A program made the translations under genes and the position numbers. A stretch of 64,000 nucleotides of DNA from a virus. The notes beneath the pieces are model-generated. The model did no database searches and was not told where the DNA came from. It was given only the letters and a program-made list of their open reading frames with translations. Below are positions 26,790 through 36,900 of this stretch, piece by piece; position 1 is the first letter of the stretch; every line of letters begins with the position of its first letter. Where the stretch lies: IMG/VR virus record IMGVR_UViG_3300042557_001040, positions 1 through 64,000 of that record; one strand, written 5' to 3'.

Positions 26790-27799
26790 TGGAAGACTCT
26801 GTGAAACTCATAGAGGAAGACTTTTATAAAAAGAAGTTTTATTTTTCTTACAGCAGCTTGAATAAACTGATGTGGAACCCCACTGTGTTTTACCAGATGT
26901 ATGTTCTGGGCCTCAAAGAAGAGAAGACAGACCAACATTTGGTGCATGGAAAGGTTATACATGCACTTCTTTTAGAAAAGGAGAAGTTTAATGAGAAATT
27001 TACCATTTCTCTCACTTCCCTTCCTACAGGAAACACAAAGACTGTTTTAGATATTGTCTATAAACATTCTCTGGAGCTTATAAAGAATGGAGACCAAAGA
27101 ACAGAACTCAATGAGTACCAAAATGCAATTATAGATGTCCTTAGAGATATGAATTTGCATCAGAGTTTAAAGACAGACCAACAAAGAGTTGATAAGATAA
27201 TCACACCTGAAGCTCTCACCTATTGGTCCTATCTTCAAACAAAGGGGGAAAAAACAGTTATAGACAAAGAAACATATGATTATTGTGAAAATGCTGTGGA
27301 AATGATTAAATTCAATAAAGACATCTGTGGTCTTATTGGATGTAATGTTTCTGAGTTTGACAATAAACAGGTGTTTAATGAGATTCCCTTACAGGTGGAT
27401 ATCCCCAACAATGTTTTTGGTCTTAAGGGAATTATAGACAATTTAGTATTTGACCATGATAAAAAAATTGTTTATATTAATGATATAAAGACAACCTCAA
27501 AAGATCTTAAGGATTTTTCTGAGACTGTTGAGTTTTATTCATATTGGATGCAAGCTGCAATCTACTGCACTCTAATAAGTTTAAAACATCCAAACTTACT
27601 GGCATCAGGTTATCAGCTGAAGTTTCACTTTGTTGTAATAGATAAGATGTTGCAAGCTTATGCCTTCCCTGTAAGAGAAGCCACTCTTGTGGATTGGTTG
27701 GATAGATTTAAAGCAGTGCTAGACAAGGCAATGTGGCATTATGAAAAGAGAAGATATGATCTGCCTTATGATTTTGCAGTGAATTCTGTCACTCTATAA
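26771..27799 (+). CDS. PD-(D/E)XK exonuclease (RecE/DUF3799-like)
   Basis: SYSSL, GKVIHALL, KGIIDNL...NDIKTT, YWMQAAIY. Confidence 0.88.
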   Translation: MELEQLMEDSVKLIEEDFYKKKFYFSYSSLNKLMWNPTVFYQMYVLGLKEEKTDQHLVHGKVIHALLLEKEKFNEKFTISLTSLPTGNTKTVLDIVYKHSLELIKNGDQRTELNEYQNAIIDVLRDMNLHQSLKTDQQRVDKIITPEALTYWSYLQTKGEKTVIDKETYDYCENAVEMIKFNKDICGLIGCNVSEFDNKQVFNEIPLQVDIPNNVFGLKGIIDNLVFDHDKKIVYINDIKTTSKDLKDFSETVEFYSYWMQAAIYCTLISLKHPNLLASGYQLKFHFVVIDKMLQAYAFPVREATLVDWLDRFKAVLDKAMWHYEKRRYDLPYDFAVNSVTL

Positions 27800-27809
27800 A
27801 AAATGTATA

Positions 27810-28373
27810 ATGATCAAGAGTTTGTATGGAAAATATTTTCAAAAATCCAGGTCTTTTCTTTACCCAGCTCTTGGTATAAGGAAGAATAGCAAGTTTTCAC
27901 CTTTAGGAACATACCTTTCTATAAAGAATGTTATAGGTCCTGAAGATGCAAAACTTATATGCACGTTTAAGAAAGAAGATGATAACAAAGAATTTGAACT
28001 TTTTGAAATGAATATGTTGTTAGAAAATCCCTTATTCTTGAAAAAGATAAGTTTAGATGAGTATAATATTTACATATTTGATTTTGAAGCATATCAAGCT
28101 GATTGGTTCAACTTCATATTGGGAAAATACTCCAGGCTCTCCAATGTGTTAAAGAGAGCAATAAAGAACTATTATGGTCAAAATAGCATGGAATATGAAT
28201 ACATGGACAGCTACTTACATCCAGTTGAATACTTTAATTTATATTCTAATCTGTTAGATATTGACACTGATAGTTTAAAAAAAATAGGAGAACTTTGTGA
28301 TGCGTGTGATATTAATAAAGAAACTTTAGAACTTTCAGAAAAAGATTTGGAAAGTTTAAAAGATCTCTTTTAA
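27810..28373 (+). CDS. Hypothetical protein in the replication module
   Basis: 187-aa ORF, KSRSFLYPALG and GKYS motifs. Confidence 0.75.
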   Translation: MIKSLYGKYFQKSRSFLYPALGIRKNSKFSPLGTYLSIKNVIGPEDAKLICTFKKEDDNKEFELFEMNMLLENPLFLKKISLDEYNIYIFDFEAYQADWFNFILGKYSRLSNVLKRAIKNYYGQNSMEYEYMDSYLHPVEYFNLYSNLLDIDTDSLKKIGELCDACDINKETLELSEKDLESLKDLF

Positions 28374-28394
28374 TTTGTGTAAAAATCAACTATT

Positions 28395-28811
28395 ATGAAC
28401 AATTCAATGTTATTAGTTACATCTGCTTGGGGTAACTTCAAAACCTTCAAGCTGATTCCAATTTCAAAAGACTGCCCTTACAATGAGTGCATTTTTGATG
28501 TCAAGGCAAAAGTGCTGGCTGTAATTTCTAAAGAAAGCAAACAGTCTTTGCACATGCTCCCTAAGTTGAACGATCAAGGTGACGTTCAATACCTTAAGAT
28601 AGGTAAGAAGAGCAATGGTAAAGACTATGCAGAAGAAAGAAAGCTTCTTGACACCTTTTATGAGTATTATATTGAAGAGACCCCTGAGGTGGAAAACTTT
28701 ATAAAGATGTTTGCCATCAATGCTGAGTCCTTTGATTATACCAAGTATATAGATTTTGAAATGCCAAAAGAAGAAATCAAAGAAAATGCTATTGTAACTT
28801 CTTTGGTATAA
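28395..28811 (+). CDS. Hypothetical protein
   Basis: 138-aa ORF. Confidence 0.75.
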   Translation: MNNSMLLVTSAWGNFKTFKLIPISKDCPYNECIFDVKAKVLAVISKESKQSLHMLPKLNDQGDVQYLKIGKKSNGKDYAEERKLLDTFYEYYIEETPEVENFIKMFAINAESFDYTKYIDFEMPKEEIKENAIVTSLV

Positions 28812-28827
28812 TGGTTAGTTGAAATGG

Positions 28828-28862
28828 AAAAAAGGAAGTGTGTAATTGCACTTCCTTTTTTT
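28828..28862 (+). terminator. Intrinsic terminator
   Basis: AAAAAAGGAAGTG-N9-CACTTCCTTTTTTT. Confidence 0.85.
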
Positions 28863-28895
28863 ATCACCATCTTAAAGGGGAAACAGCTTAACTGA

Positions 28896-30839
28896 ATGCA
28901 CACCACCATGAAGAAAACACACTGGGTGATGGATTATGAGACACTTGTAAACTGTTTCATAGGTGTATTTATAGATTATAAAGACAGTAATGTAAAACAT
29001 CTTTTTGTATTACATGAAACTAGAAACGACTTTCAAAAACTTGTAGAGTTCTTACAAAGGAATGTAGTTCAAAAAGAAAGACACATTTCTTTTAACGGAC
29101 TTGCATTTGATGCTCAGATTTCCCATTACATTCTTGAACACCATAAGAAGCTCGCTCTTCTTCCTGTAAATGACATCATCTCTTCAATTTATAAGTTTGC
29201 ACAAGAAACTATAAAGAAGAGTGATGAAAACAAGTTTCACACCTATTCTCCTAATCAAATGAAGATTAAGCAGATAGATGTGTTTAAGCTTAATCATTGG
29301 GATAATAAGGCAAAGATGAGTGGCTTGAAATGGATACAGTATTCCATGGACTGGGATAATGTAGAGGAAATGCCACACCCCCACTATCAACCCGTGACAG
29401 ATGATCACACTTTGAATTCTGTCATTAACTATTGCGTTAATGATGTTCTCTCAACCAAGGAAGTATTTAAGCATTCCAAGGAACAGATACAGCTAAGGAA
29501 AGATCTTACAGAAGAATATAGAATAGATCTCTTCTCTGCATCTGAGCCAAGGATATCTAAAGAATTGTTCCTGCACTTCTTGCATGAAAAACTTGGCTGG
29601 CAGAAATCAGAAATCAAACTCCTGCGTACACCTAGAACCCACATTGTTTTAGGTGATTGCATACTTCCTTATATTACATTTAAGACCCCTGAGTTCAACA
29701 AGATGTTGGACTACTTTCGTACAAAGGTAATCACCTCCACTAAAGATGGTTTTAAATATAGTATGCATTACAAAGGTGTAAAAACAGATTATGGCTTGGG
29801 TGGCATCCATGGTGCAGCAAATAGTGGTGTTTATAAAGCAAAAGCAGGGTGGACAATTATGACAAGTGATGTTGTAAGCTACTACCCCAACCTTGCTATT
29901 AAAAACAAATGGGCACCAGAGCATCTTCCTAAAGAAGAATTCTGCAGTCTTTATGAGTGGATATTTGAAGAAAGAAAGAAAATCCCCAAATCCAACCCTA
30001 AGAACTATGTTTACAAGATCATTTTAAATTCCACTTATGGTCTCACTGGCGATGAAAATAGCTTCCTGTATGACCCTAAGATGACTATGCAAATCACTGT
30101 AAACGGTCAGCTCCTATTGTCAAAACTTTATGAAATGGTGAGTTTGGCTATTCCAGAGAGTGTTCCTCTTATGCAAAATACAGATGGTCTTGAGATGATC
30201 ATTCCTGAAGATAAGAAAGATGTCTATATGCAGGTTTGTCAAGAATGGGAATATCTAACCAAGCTATCTCTTGAGCATGATGAGTATTCTAAAATGATTA
30301 TTGGAGACGTAAATAACTACATTGCGGTTTACAAAAATGGTAAAACAAAATGTAAGGGCAGGTTTGAATGGGAAGACCTTGAGAAAAAGAAAGTGGCCAT
30401 GTTTCACAAGAACAAGTCTTTCCTTATTATTCCCAAGGCTATCTATGCATATTTTGTAGAGAACAAAAATCCTGAAAAGTTTTTAGAAGAAAACCAAAAT
30501 ATATTTGATTATTGTGGTGCTGTAAAAGCTAAATCAGGATGGCACTTTGAAGAAAGAAGCATAGAAGATGGCTGTTTAGAAGTCAAAAAATTACAGAAAA
30601 TTGTAAGGTATTATGTATCCAACAATGGTGTCAAGCTTGTAAAATGCCACAATGATGGTAGAGAAATACAGGCGGAAGCAGGTCAATGGTTACAAACACC
30701 TATTAACAAAATTGAAAAAGTGTCTGAATTTGACACGTATGACATTAACAAAAAGTTTTATTTGGAGAATATTTACAAAGAAATAAACCAAATAGAACGT
30801 GTAAAAAGTAGGAAATCTGTTCAACTTTCATTATTTTAA
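28896..30839 (+). CDS. polB: Family B DNA polymerase
   Basis: Exo DYET and FNGLAFD; Pol SDVVSYYP, KIILNSTYG, QNTDG, VNNY. Confidence 0.95.
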   Translation: MHTTMKKTHWVMDYETLVNCFIGVFIDYKDSNVKHLFVLHETRNDFQKLVEFLQRNVVQKERHISFNGLAFDAQISHYILEHHKKLALLPVNDIISSIYKFAQETIKKSDENKFHTYSPNQMKIKQIDVFKLNHWDNKAKMSGLKWIQYSMDWDNVEEMPHPHYQPVTDDHTLNSVINYCVNDVLSTKEVFKHSKEQIQLRKDLTEEYRIDLFSASEPRISKELFLHFLHEKLGWQKSEIKLLRTPRTHIVLGDCILPYITFKTPEFNKMLDYFRTKVITSTKDGFKYSMHYKGVKTDYGLGGIHGAANSGVYKAKAGWTIMTSDVVSYYPNLAIKNKWAPEHLPKEEFCSLYEWIFEERKKIPKSNPKNYVYKIILNSTYGLTGDENSFLYDPKMTMQITVNGQLLLSKLYEMVSLAIPESVPLMQNTDGLEMIIPEDKKDVYMQVCQEWEYLTKLSLEHDEYSKMIIGDVNNYIAVYKNGKTKCKGRFEWEDLEKKKVAMFHKNKSFLIIPKAIYAYFVENKNPEKFLEENQNIFDYCGAVKAKSGWHFEERSIEDGCLEVKKLQKIVRYYVSNNGVKLVKCHNDGREIQAEAGQWLQTPINKIEKVSEFDTYDINKKFYLENIYKEINQIERVKSRKSVQLSLF

Positions 30840-30859
30840 CATTTCAAAAACCAACAAAA

Positions 30860-31687
30860 ATGCCAACTAAAGTTCCCTTCTGCACAGAAGTAAAACTAAA
30901 GAGTGTTCCCCTCCCTAATCATGGAGGACGTTATGCCGTTGTACCTCACGGCTACATTATAGATGAGGTGAAAAAAGAATTTGCAAGCTGTGGATTCAGT
31001 GTTCTCAAAGAAGAATATAGAAGCACAGAATCAGGAGATGTTGCACAAGGTGTATATCATTTGGATTATGGCTCTGACCAAGACATGGGTCTTATGTTTG
31101 CATGGAGCAACTCTTACAACAAGACAATGCGTTTCAAATGCGCAGCTGGTGGTAGAGTGTTCATCTGCATGAATGGTGTGGTTTCTGGAGACATGAACAA
31201 CTATTCCAGAAAGCATAGCGGCACAGCTCTTCAAGATGTAACAGCAAAGATTAAACTTCACATTGCAGAAGCTAAGAACCACTATAACAACCTTGTTGCA
31301 GACAAGCAAATGTTAAAAGGTGTAATGCTCACTACTAAAGATAAGGGTAGAATTCTTGGAGAATTGTTTGCCAAGGATGAAATCCTCACTCTTACACAGG
31401 TGGGTATTGTAAAGCGTGAGATGGATAAACCCACTTATAATTACAACTGTGATGTTAATTCTGCTTGGGCGATGTACAACCACATCACTCTTTCTCTGAA
31501 AGAATCACACCCACGTTCCTATCTGCATGATCATGAGAGAGTGCACCAGTATTTCATAAATGAGTTTGGTCAACTTATCACTCCTCAGAACACTCCTGTA
31601 AATACAGGATCTGATTATGATGTTGACACAAATACAACTGTTTATGAGCCAGTGGAAGAGTCCTTTTCTCATGTAAATTTTCTATAA
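30860..31687 (+). CDS. DUF932-like protein
   Basis: NSYNKT...AGGRVFICMNG...SAWAMYNHIT. Confidence 0.75.
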   Translation: MPTKVPFCTEVKLKSVPLPNHGGRYAVVPHGYIIDEVKKEFASCGFSVLKEEYRSTESGDVAQGVYHLDYGSDQDMGLMFAWSNSYNKTMRFKCAAGGRVFICMNGVVSGDMNNYSRKHSGTALQDVTAKIKLHIAEAKNHYNNLVADKQMLKGVMLTTKDKGRILGELFAKDEILTLTQVGIVKREMDKPTYNYNCDVNSAWAMYNHITLSLKESHPRSYLHDHERVHQYFINEFGQLITPQNTPVNTGSDYDVDTNTTVYEPVEESFSHVNFL

Positions 31688-31700
31688 TACTGCTTGCTGT

Positions 31701-31735
31701 AAAAAAAGGGGGGATGCTTAATGTGTCCCCCTTTT
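31701..31735 (+). terminator. Intrinsic terminator
   Basis: AAAAGGGGGA...TCCCCCTTTT hairpin. Confidence 0.8.
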
Positions 31736-31746
31736 AATTTTTTTCT

Positions 31747-31890
31747 ATGAGCAAATTTATAAGAAGTTATTACGAACAAACCTATAAAAATTATGTTCGT
31801 AAAAACACCTTGATGGGTTGGATTAAGCACATATGGCTTGTGATTTTATCTTTAACAATCAAACCAAATAAAAATGATAATCGGCGTTAA
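31747..31890 (+). CDS. Small hypothetical protein (47 aa)
   Basis: Manual translation MSKFIRSYYEQTYKNYVRK... Confidence 0.4.
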   Translation: MSKFIRSYYEQTYKNYVRKNTLMGWIKHIWLVILSLTIKPNKNDNRR

Positions 31891-32518
31891 TGGTTATGCG
31901 GGCTCAGGTAAGGACACCATAGGTTACATTATACAATACATCTTTGCTATTGATAAACAAGGTGTCAGTATAGAAGAACTATGTGCAAACTATAAAGACA
32001 ATGAGTGGTGGATAGAGGAACAATCAGGTTGGCAGGTGAGAAAGTTTGCAGGTAAGCTTAAAGATATAGCAGGGCATTTGTTAAATGTGGACGTGGAAAA
32101 ACTTGAGGATCAGGAGTTTAAGAAAACAGACCTTGGTCCTGAATGGGGAATGACGGTAAGAGATTTTCTACAAAAGCTTGGTACAGATGCTATGAGAAAT
32201 GGTTTACATTCTGATGTATGGGTGAATGCTCTTATGGCTGACTATGAATGTACACCTGCTGATAGAGCTCCTAATGGATGGGATTGTGATGACTGGATAA
32301 TCACTGACACTAGGTTTCCTAATGAAGCCAAAGCCATCAAAGATAAAGGAGGCATCATTATACGTGTAGACAGACCTGGTATAAAACCTGTAAACCCACA
32401 TCCTTCAGAGGTGGCCCTAGATGATTGGAACTTTGACTATAAAATAGTGAATATATCAGACATCTACTCTCTTAAGCAAACTGTAGAGCAAGTGTTAAAA
32501 CATGCTAAAATACTATGA
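31874..32518 (+). CDS. Deoxynucleoside monophosphate kinase
   Basis: GYAGSGKDT, FAGKLK, RDFLQKLGT, ITDTRFPNE, HPSE. Confidence 0.92.
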   Translation: MIIGVNGYAGSGKDTIGYIIQYIFAIDKQGVSIEELCANYKDNEWWIEEQSGWQVRKFAGKLKDIAGHLLNVDVEKLEDQEFKKTDLGPEWGMTVRDFLQKLGTDAMRNGLHSDVWVNALMADYECTPADRAPNGWDCDDWIITDTRFPNEAKAIKDKGGIIIRVDRPGIKPVNPHPSEVALDDWNFDYKIVNISDIYSLKQTVEQVLKHAKIL

Positions 32519-33366
32519 AAATAATAAAACAGAAAACCAAGACACTGGTTACAAGAGATAATGGGAGAAGTGCTGATGCAATTTCTCCCAATTTTATCTA
32601 TGGATGTCTTGGTGGTTGTATGAAGTCCTATTGTTATGTAGGAAGATACAACCATGATAAGGTATATATAAATGAGAATATAGATGAGATAACTAATTCT
32701 ATTAATGACTGGGTATTTAAACAAAAATGGCCTAAAACTCCTAATCAGTGTGATGCTACTTATTACACTATAGATATAGGATGCAGCACAGATGTAGCTT
32801 TAATGTCCAAACATTATGATTGGAATCAAGTTTTTCAGTTTTTTAATACTTGGCCTAAGATAAAAAGCACATTTGCCACTAAATATCCTACTATGTTTAA
32901 TCCAGGTGACTACAATTTGTTGCCAACTAAACATAGAATAAGAGTGAGCTTAATGCCTCAAAAGTATTCAGACATACTAGAACCAGGTACAGATAAAATA
33001 TCAGATAGAATAGACTGCATCCCCAAACTTCAAGAGAAGATGGAAGTGCACATTAATTTCTCTCCTATTATATATACAGACGGTTGGTTGGATGAATATA
33101 AAAAGTTGTTTGAAGAGTTAAAATCTAAGGGAATAGATGTAAAGTGTGAGTGTATTTTCCTAACTTACAACACTATTCAGCATGAGCGTAATGATCCTGC
33201 AGTAGACAGTTTGTTATGGAGACCTGAGATACAAGAAGCCAAGGACTCCCAGTATGCTCCAGATAACATAAGGTATCAGTGGAAACTAAAAAGTAAGATG
33301 GTTACACAATTCACCGACCTTTACAGAGAGTATTTTAATCCTTTAAACATTAGATATATTTTTTAA
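32515..33366 (+). CDS. Spore photoproduct lyase-family radical SAM protein
   Basis: NGRSADAISP..GCLGGCMKSYCYV, DIGCSTD, TFATKY, RIRVSLMP, EVHINFSPII, NIRY. Confidence 0.85.
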   Translation: MKIIKQKTKTLVTRDNGRSADAISPNFIYGCLGGCMKSYCYVGRYNHDKVYINENIDEITNSINDWVFKQKWPKTPNQCDATYYTIDIGCSTDVALMSKHYDWNQVFQFFNTWPKIKSTFATKYPTMFNPGDYNLLPTKHRIRVSLMPQKYSDILEPGTDKISDRIDCIPKLQEKMEVHINFSPIIYTDGWLDEYKKLFEELKSKGIDVKCECIFLTYNTIQHERNDPAVDSLLWRPEIQEAKDSQYAPDNIRYQWKLKSKMVTQFTDLYREYFNPLNIRYIF

Positions 33367-33368
33367 TC

Positions 33369-33770
33369 ATGAAACCATTAAGCAAAGAGTTCTTATTGAA
33401 GAGAGGATTTTGTTGCCACAATGGTTGTAAAAACTGTCCTTATATGACATTTAGAGACTATCAAGAAAAAGCTGTAGAGACAGCTGTTTATGGAAATGGA
33501 GACAAGATTATTTACCCAGCACTGGGACTGGCCAATGAGGCAGGAGAAGTGTTAGGGAAAATTAAAAAGGTTCTCAGAGACAATGAAGGAAGATTCACCA
33601 CAGACAGGTGTGTTGCTATTGGTGATGAGATAGGAGATGTGCTTTGGTATATTGCAGCATTGGCTAAAGATTTAGACCTATCTTTAGAAGACATTGCAAA
33701 AAACAATATTGAAAAACTATTAGACAGAAGAGCTAGGAATGTTATTCAAGGCTCAGGAGATAACCGTTAA
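33369..33770 (+). CDS. mazG: MazG-like NTP pyrophosphohydrolase with N-terminal Cys-rich DUF5522-like motif
   Basis: LGLANEAGEV...DEIGDVLWY...NIEKL; N-terminal RGFCCHNGCKNCPY. Confidence 0.85.
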   Translation: MKPLSKEFLLKRGFCCHNGCKNCPYMTFRDYQEKAVETAVYGNGDKIIYPALGLANEAGEVLGKIKKVLRDNEGRFTTDRCVAIGDEIGDVLWYIAALAKDLDLSLEDIAKNNIEKLLDRRARNVIQGSGDNR

Positions 33771-33780
33771 AAACAATTAT

Positions 33781-33978
33781 ATGATATGCATGCATTTTAA
33801 AAACTACATGTTAGGTATACAGTTTGAATTTTTAAGCCAATGGAGGTGTTTATTAGGAATTTTTTTTCAAAAAGGTTCAGAATTTATAAATAATGAAGAA
33901 AAACAATTTGCAGAAGTTTCAATAGGTATTATATTCTTTTATCTTCGAATTGCTAAATATGAAAAAGGGGGAAACTAA
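33781..33978 (+). CDS. Hypothetical protein
   Basis: Short beta-rich ORF ending in the terminator. Confidence 0.5.
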   Translation: MICMHFKNYMLGIQFEFLSQWRCLLGIFFQKGSEFINNEEKQFAEVSIGIIFFYLRIAKYEKGGN

Positions 33979-33990
33979 TCCCCCTTTTTT
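33962..33990. terminator. Bidirectional intrinsic terminator
   Basis: AAAAAGGGGGA-AACTAA-TCCCCCTTTTT between convergent blocks. Confidence 0.85.
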
Positions 33991-36900
33991 TATTTAATAT
34001 AGAATGATTTTACTTGATCATAACTATCCCATTTATTTAAAACATTTAAAGCTGGGATCACATCTTTCCATTCTTTCCAAACTTTAAGATCACCTTTGTG
34101 TGTTCCTCTTTCATAATAATTTTTTTCATAAGGAGGTATTGGTAAACTTAAACTTTTTTCTACGGCTTGGCCAAAATCTTTTAAAGTTGTTAAAATAGCA
34201 AATGGAGATTTTGCAATCTGATATTGTTCTTCAATACCCACAAGCGGCATCATTGTAGAAATTTCTTTAACTTGTCTACTTTGTTGATAAGCTAAGAAAT
34301 TAAGCCATCTTTTTATAAATTTATCTTCTGGTGGAATACCATCTGCAATTCCACGAACAATCCCATACAATGCAAAGCTTGCTGCAAGAAATGCAAGTTC
34401 AGCTAAGTTTTTATACATATTTTTTATTTGAACAGAATCCATGTCTTTCCATCCTGTTCTTAATTTTTCTATAAATGTGCCTTCTGCTTCTTTAACATAC
34501 TTTAAAAAACTTAATACGGTTACGTACCTACCTTCAACTGTTCCTAAATTTTCATCTATATATCTTTCTTTAAATCTTGATTTGTAAGCAGGATAAATCC
34601 ATTTATGAAATTGTGCAGCAAGTTGCCCTATCCAATGATCTTGTATAACCATTCGATCTTGAAAAGCATAGTTACCGTGGATTTGTTTATTTACTTCTAA
34701 AATATAATTAATTAAATCATATCTTTCTTTATCTGACATTTCAAAACCATCTTTTAATTTTAACTCACCGGTATTTGGATTAAAATCAAAAGCATCATAG
34801 ACACTTAAAGTTTCACCAGTTTTGGAATTTTTAAGTGTTCTTGTCATTGTTATAGCTACACCAGTCTTACTTTGAACATTAAATTCACCACCTTCCTGTA
34901 AAAGATAAGCCCAACTCATAAAATCTACCTTACCCTGATCTTTTTGATAATGCCTCACCATTCTAAAATATTCAACTATAGCTTCATATTTACTTTTTGC
35001 TTTTTTTCCAATTTGATACCCATCACTGTGCTCACCCAATCCTCTAAATATATTTGGCAAATAATCTTTATTATATTCCCCAACAGCTCTATTTGCAGCA
35101 GGTCTATCATAATATAAAGAACCCGCTGTTTCAATAGAATTGTTTATTCTACCCATTACATAGTTGTTTATATTACCAAATATATTAAAACCTACACCTT
35201 TTAAAGATGTTAGATTTTGAATACGTTTAGAAATAAGAGCCATTGTTGTTCTGTTAAATTCCTCATTATTATAATAAACCATTTTAAACCATTTATTAAG
35301 CCTTTTGATCGCAAATACATTTTCTTTTCTTTTTACAACAGCCTTTCCTTCACTTTCTTTATTTAATTTAGAACCTTTGCGTATAAGTTTATTACCTAAT
35401 GAATCAATTTCATAATAGTCCCTGTCTTCCATTATTTTAGCAATAGCTTGTAAATCTGATTCTATATTGCTCATTATTTCAAAATTTTCAGCCATTGCTG
35501 CAAATTGAATAAGATTTTCTACCAAATCACCTTCAATTTCTTCCACCTTAATTTTACTTTCCTCTATCTTAATATACTCTTTAAGTTTATTTCTTTTTTC
35601 TAAAAATTCTTTTTGGGATATTTTACCTTCAAGTTTTTTTTGTTTAAAAGCTTCTAGCTCTTTTTTGAGATATTCTACTCTTTTTTCATTTTGCAATTTA
35701 CCAACATAAAGTATGGGAAGACCATTTTCAACTTGACCAAGTTCATCAACTATTCTTTGATTCGTGTATATTTCTGTACTAAAAAAATCTTTTAAAGATT
35801 TGGCTACAGCTTTAGTAAAACTACCTCCATTTTTTTTAAGTGTTTCCATAAACTTTCCTCTCACTCTTCCCACCTTTCCTCTTTGAGCAGAAGCTACATC
35901 CTGAGGAAGCTTTTCTAACTGATTCTGATACTCTTCCACCCAACCCTTATAAAAATTAGATTGAGCTTTTTCCTGTTCTGTAACAGGATTCATAAGTTTA
36001 ACATATTTTGGATCTCTAAGATCAGTGCCATCTTCAGCAATATCTCTAATTTCAACAAATTCACTTTTTACAAACCAATTTGTTTTAAGAGTAACTCTTC
36101 CTTGAAATGTTCCGTCAGATTCAAATTGAGGAGACCAATACGTTGCTTCATTAAAATACTTAAGTCTGAATTGCTCATATTGTTCATCAGTTACGTCTTC
36201 TTTCTTTTCCCATTTATAAAACAGCTCACCATCTGGTTTACTATATGCAACTAAGTCTTGATACCTATCTCTTATTGTTTTAAAAAAGTCTGTATATTTA
36301 TGATATTTTCCATCTTTAGCTCCTTGTGGACCTATTGTTTCAGCATTCATAAATTCTCTATATGCTGTTTTATCTCTAAAAAGAAGGATGTTAAATTGTA
36401 AATCTTCATCACTGGCTTTGGTGATATCTGTTATAGGAATGTATTGTTTTTTATCACCGTTTTTTTCTCGTAATGTATTTTTAATTTCATAATATTTATC
36501 ATAATATTGACTACCCACTCTACTAACATACCTTCCCGTAAACTTGCCATTTTTAAAAACTTTCATAAAATCATAAAAATCTTTAGTAGTTTTTTTAATA
36601 CCAAAAGCCTTTAATAAATTATTACCAAGTTGAGCTATTTTAGAAGCCGTACTTTCTGAGTTATCTTTAGCTTTATTAACAGCTGCTTTATATATTTTAT
36701 CTGCTATTGCAAGAAGAGTGTCTTTGCTTGTTGCAAGATCTCCAAGATAATAATCTTCAGCAGGAATATCATAAACTTCCTTCATTATTTTATTAAGCTC
36801 GTCTTGTGTAAGATCTCTAGATGTATTGCTTTTTATAACATTTTTAACATAACTTTCTAAATTGTTATCAATGCTTTCTTTAACATCATCTAAAGTATCA

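Noticed and set aside
28896-30839. Intein or intron in PolB (also checked DnaB and primase)
   Set aside because: Lengths are typical, motifs are contiguous, and I saw no intein ends or homing-endonuclease motifs.
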